This document shows positions 36,046-36,207 of a stretch of 36,207 nt of DNA, one piece after another; within the stretch, counting starts at the first letter, position 1; every line of letters starts with the position of its first letter. The notes beneath the pieces are model-generated. The model did no database searches and was not told the DNA's origin. It saw only the letters and a list, made by a program, of their open reading frames with translations. The stretch comes from a virus (taxonomy: Duplodnaviria; Caudoviricetes): the IMG/VR virus record IMGVR_UViG_3300031627_000004, positions 1-36,207 of that record. The stretch is one strand, 5' to 3'. Both the position numbers and the translations under genes were made by a program.

Positions 36046-36207
36046 ATGCCCAAGGCAAGCAAAACATGGCAAACGCTACACAGTAGCAAAGATCAAGCAT
36101 GGCGAACACCAGCAGCCCTATACAACGCACTTGATAAAGAATTTGGCTTTACACTTGATGCGGCTGCAAGCCGCAACAATAAAAAATGTGAAAACTACCT
36201 AGGCCCA
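36046..36207 (+). CDS. dam: Phage DNA N6-adenine methyltransferase (Dam family), N-terminal part (runs off the right edge; missing from the ORF track)
   Basis: AGGAGG then MPKASKTWQTLHSSKDQAWRTPAALYNALDKEFGFTLDAAASRNNKKCENYLGP; W.TP...LD.EF.FTLD.AA...N.KC is the family N-terminal signature. Confidence 0.85.
   Translation, partial: MPKASKTWQTLHSSKDQAWRTPAALYNALDKEFGFTLDAAASRNNKKCENYLGP

Noticed and set aside
1-36207. Stop-codon reassignment (TAG readthrough code)
   Set aside because: Genes are long and intact in the standard code, and several TAG stops overlap or closely precede the next start in another frame.

Overview
The window is the virion morphogenesis region of a long-tailed (siphovirus-like) dsDNA phage, almost entirely on the minus strand and read right to left. 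The order is: small accessory and Zn-ribbon genes, putative TerS, GpA-type TerL, portal with a MuF-like C-terminal extension, multidomain prohead protease with a probable nested scaffold, major capsid, head-tail and neck genes, tail tube, a G/GT chaperone pair with a -1 slippery site, a 1693-aa tape measure, a 1685-aa lectin/propeller/Dit-like protein, a hub and fibre proteins. A divergent phage Dam-type methyltransferase begins at the right edge. The most unusual feature is a tightly coupled glycan-modification set interleaved among the head-tail genes: an NDP-glucose 4,6-dehydratase, a PAPS-dependent sulfotransferase and a 974-aa triple-GT2 plus TPR glycosyltransferase. This suggests the phage builds a sulfated, 6-deoxysugar-containing glycan on its own virion proteins. 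All family calls come from motif recognition by eye; no searches were run and the host cannot be determined from this window.
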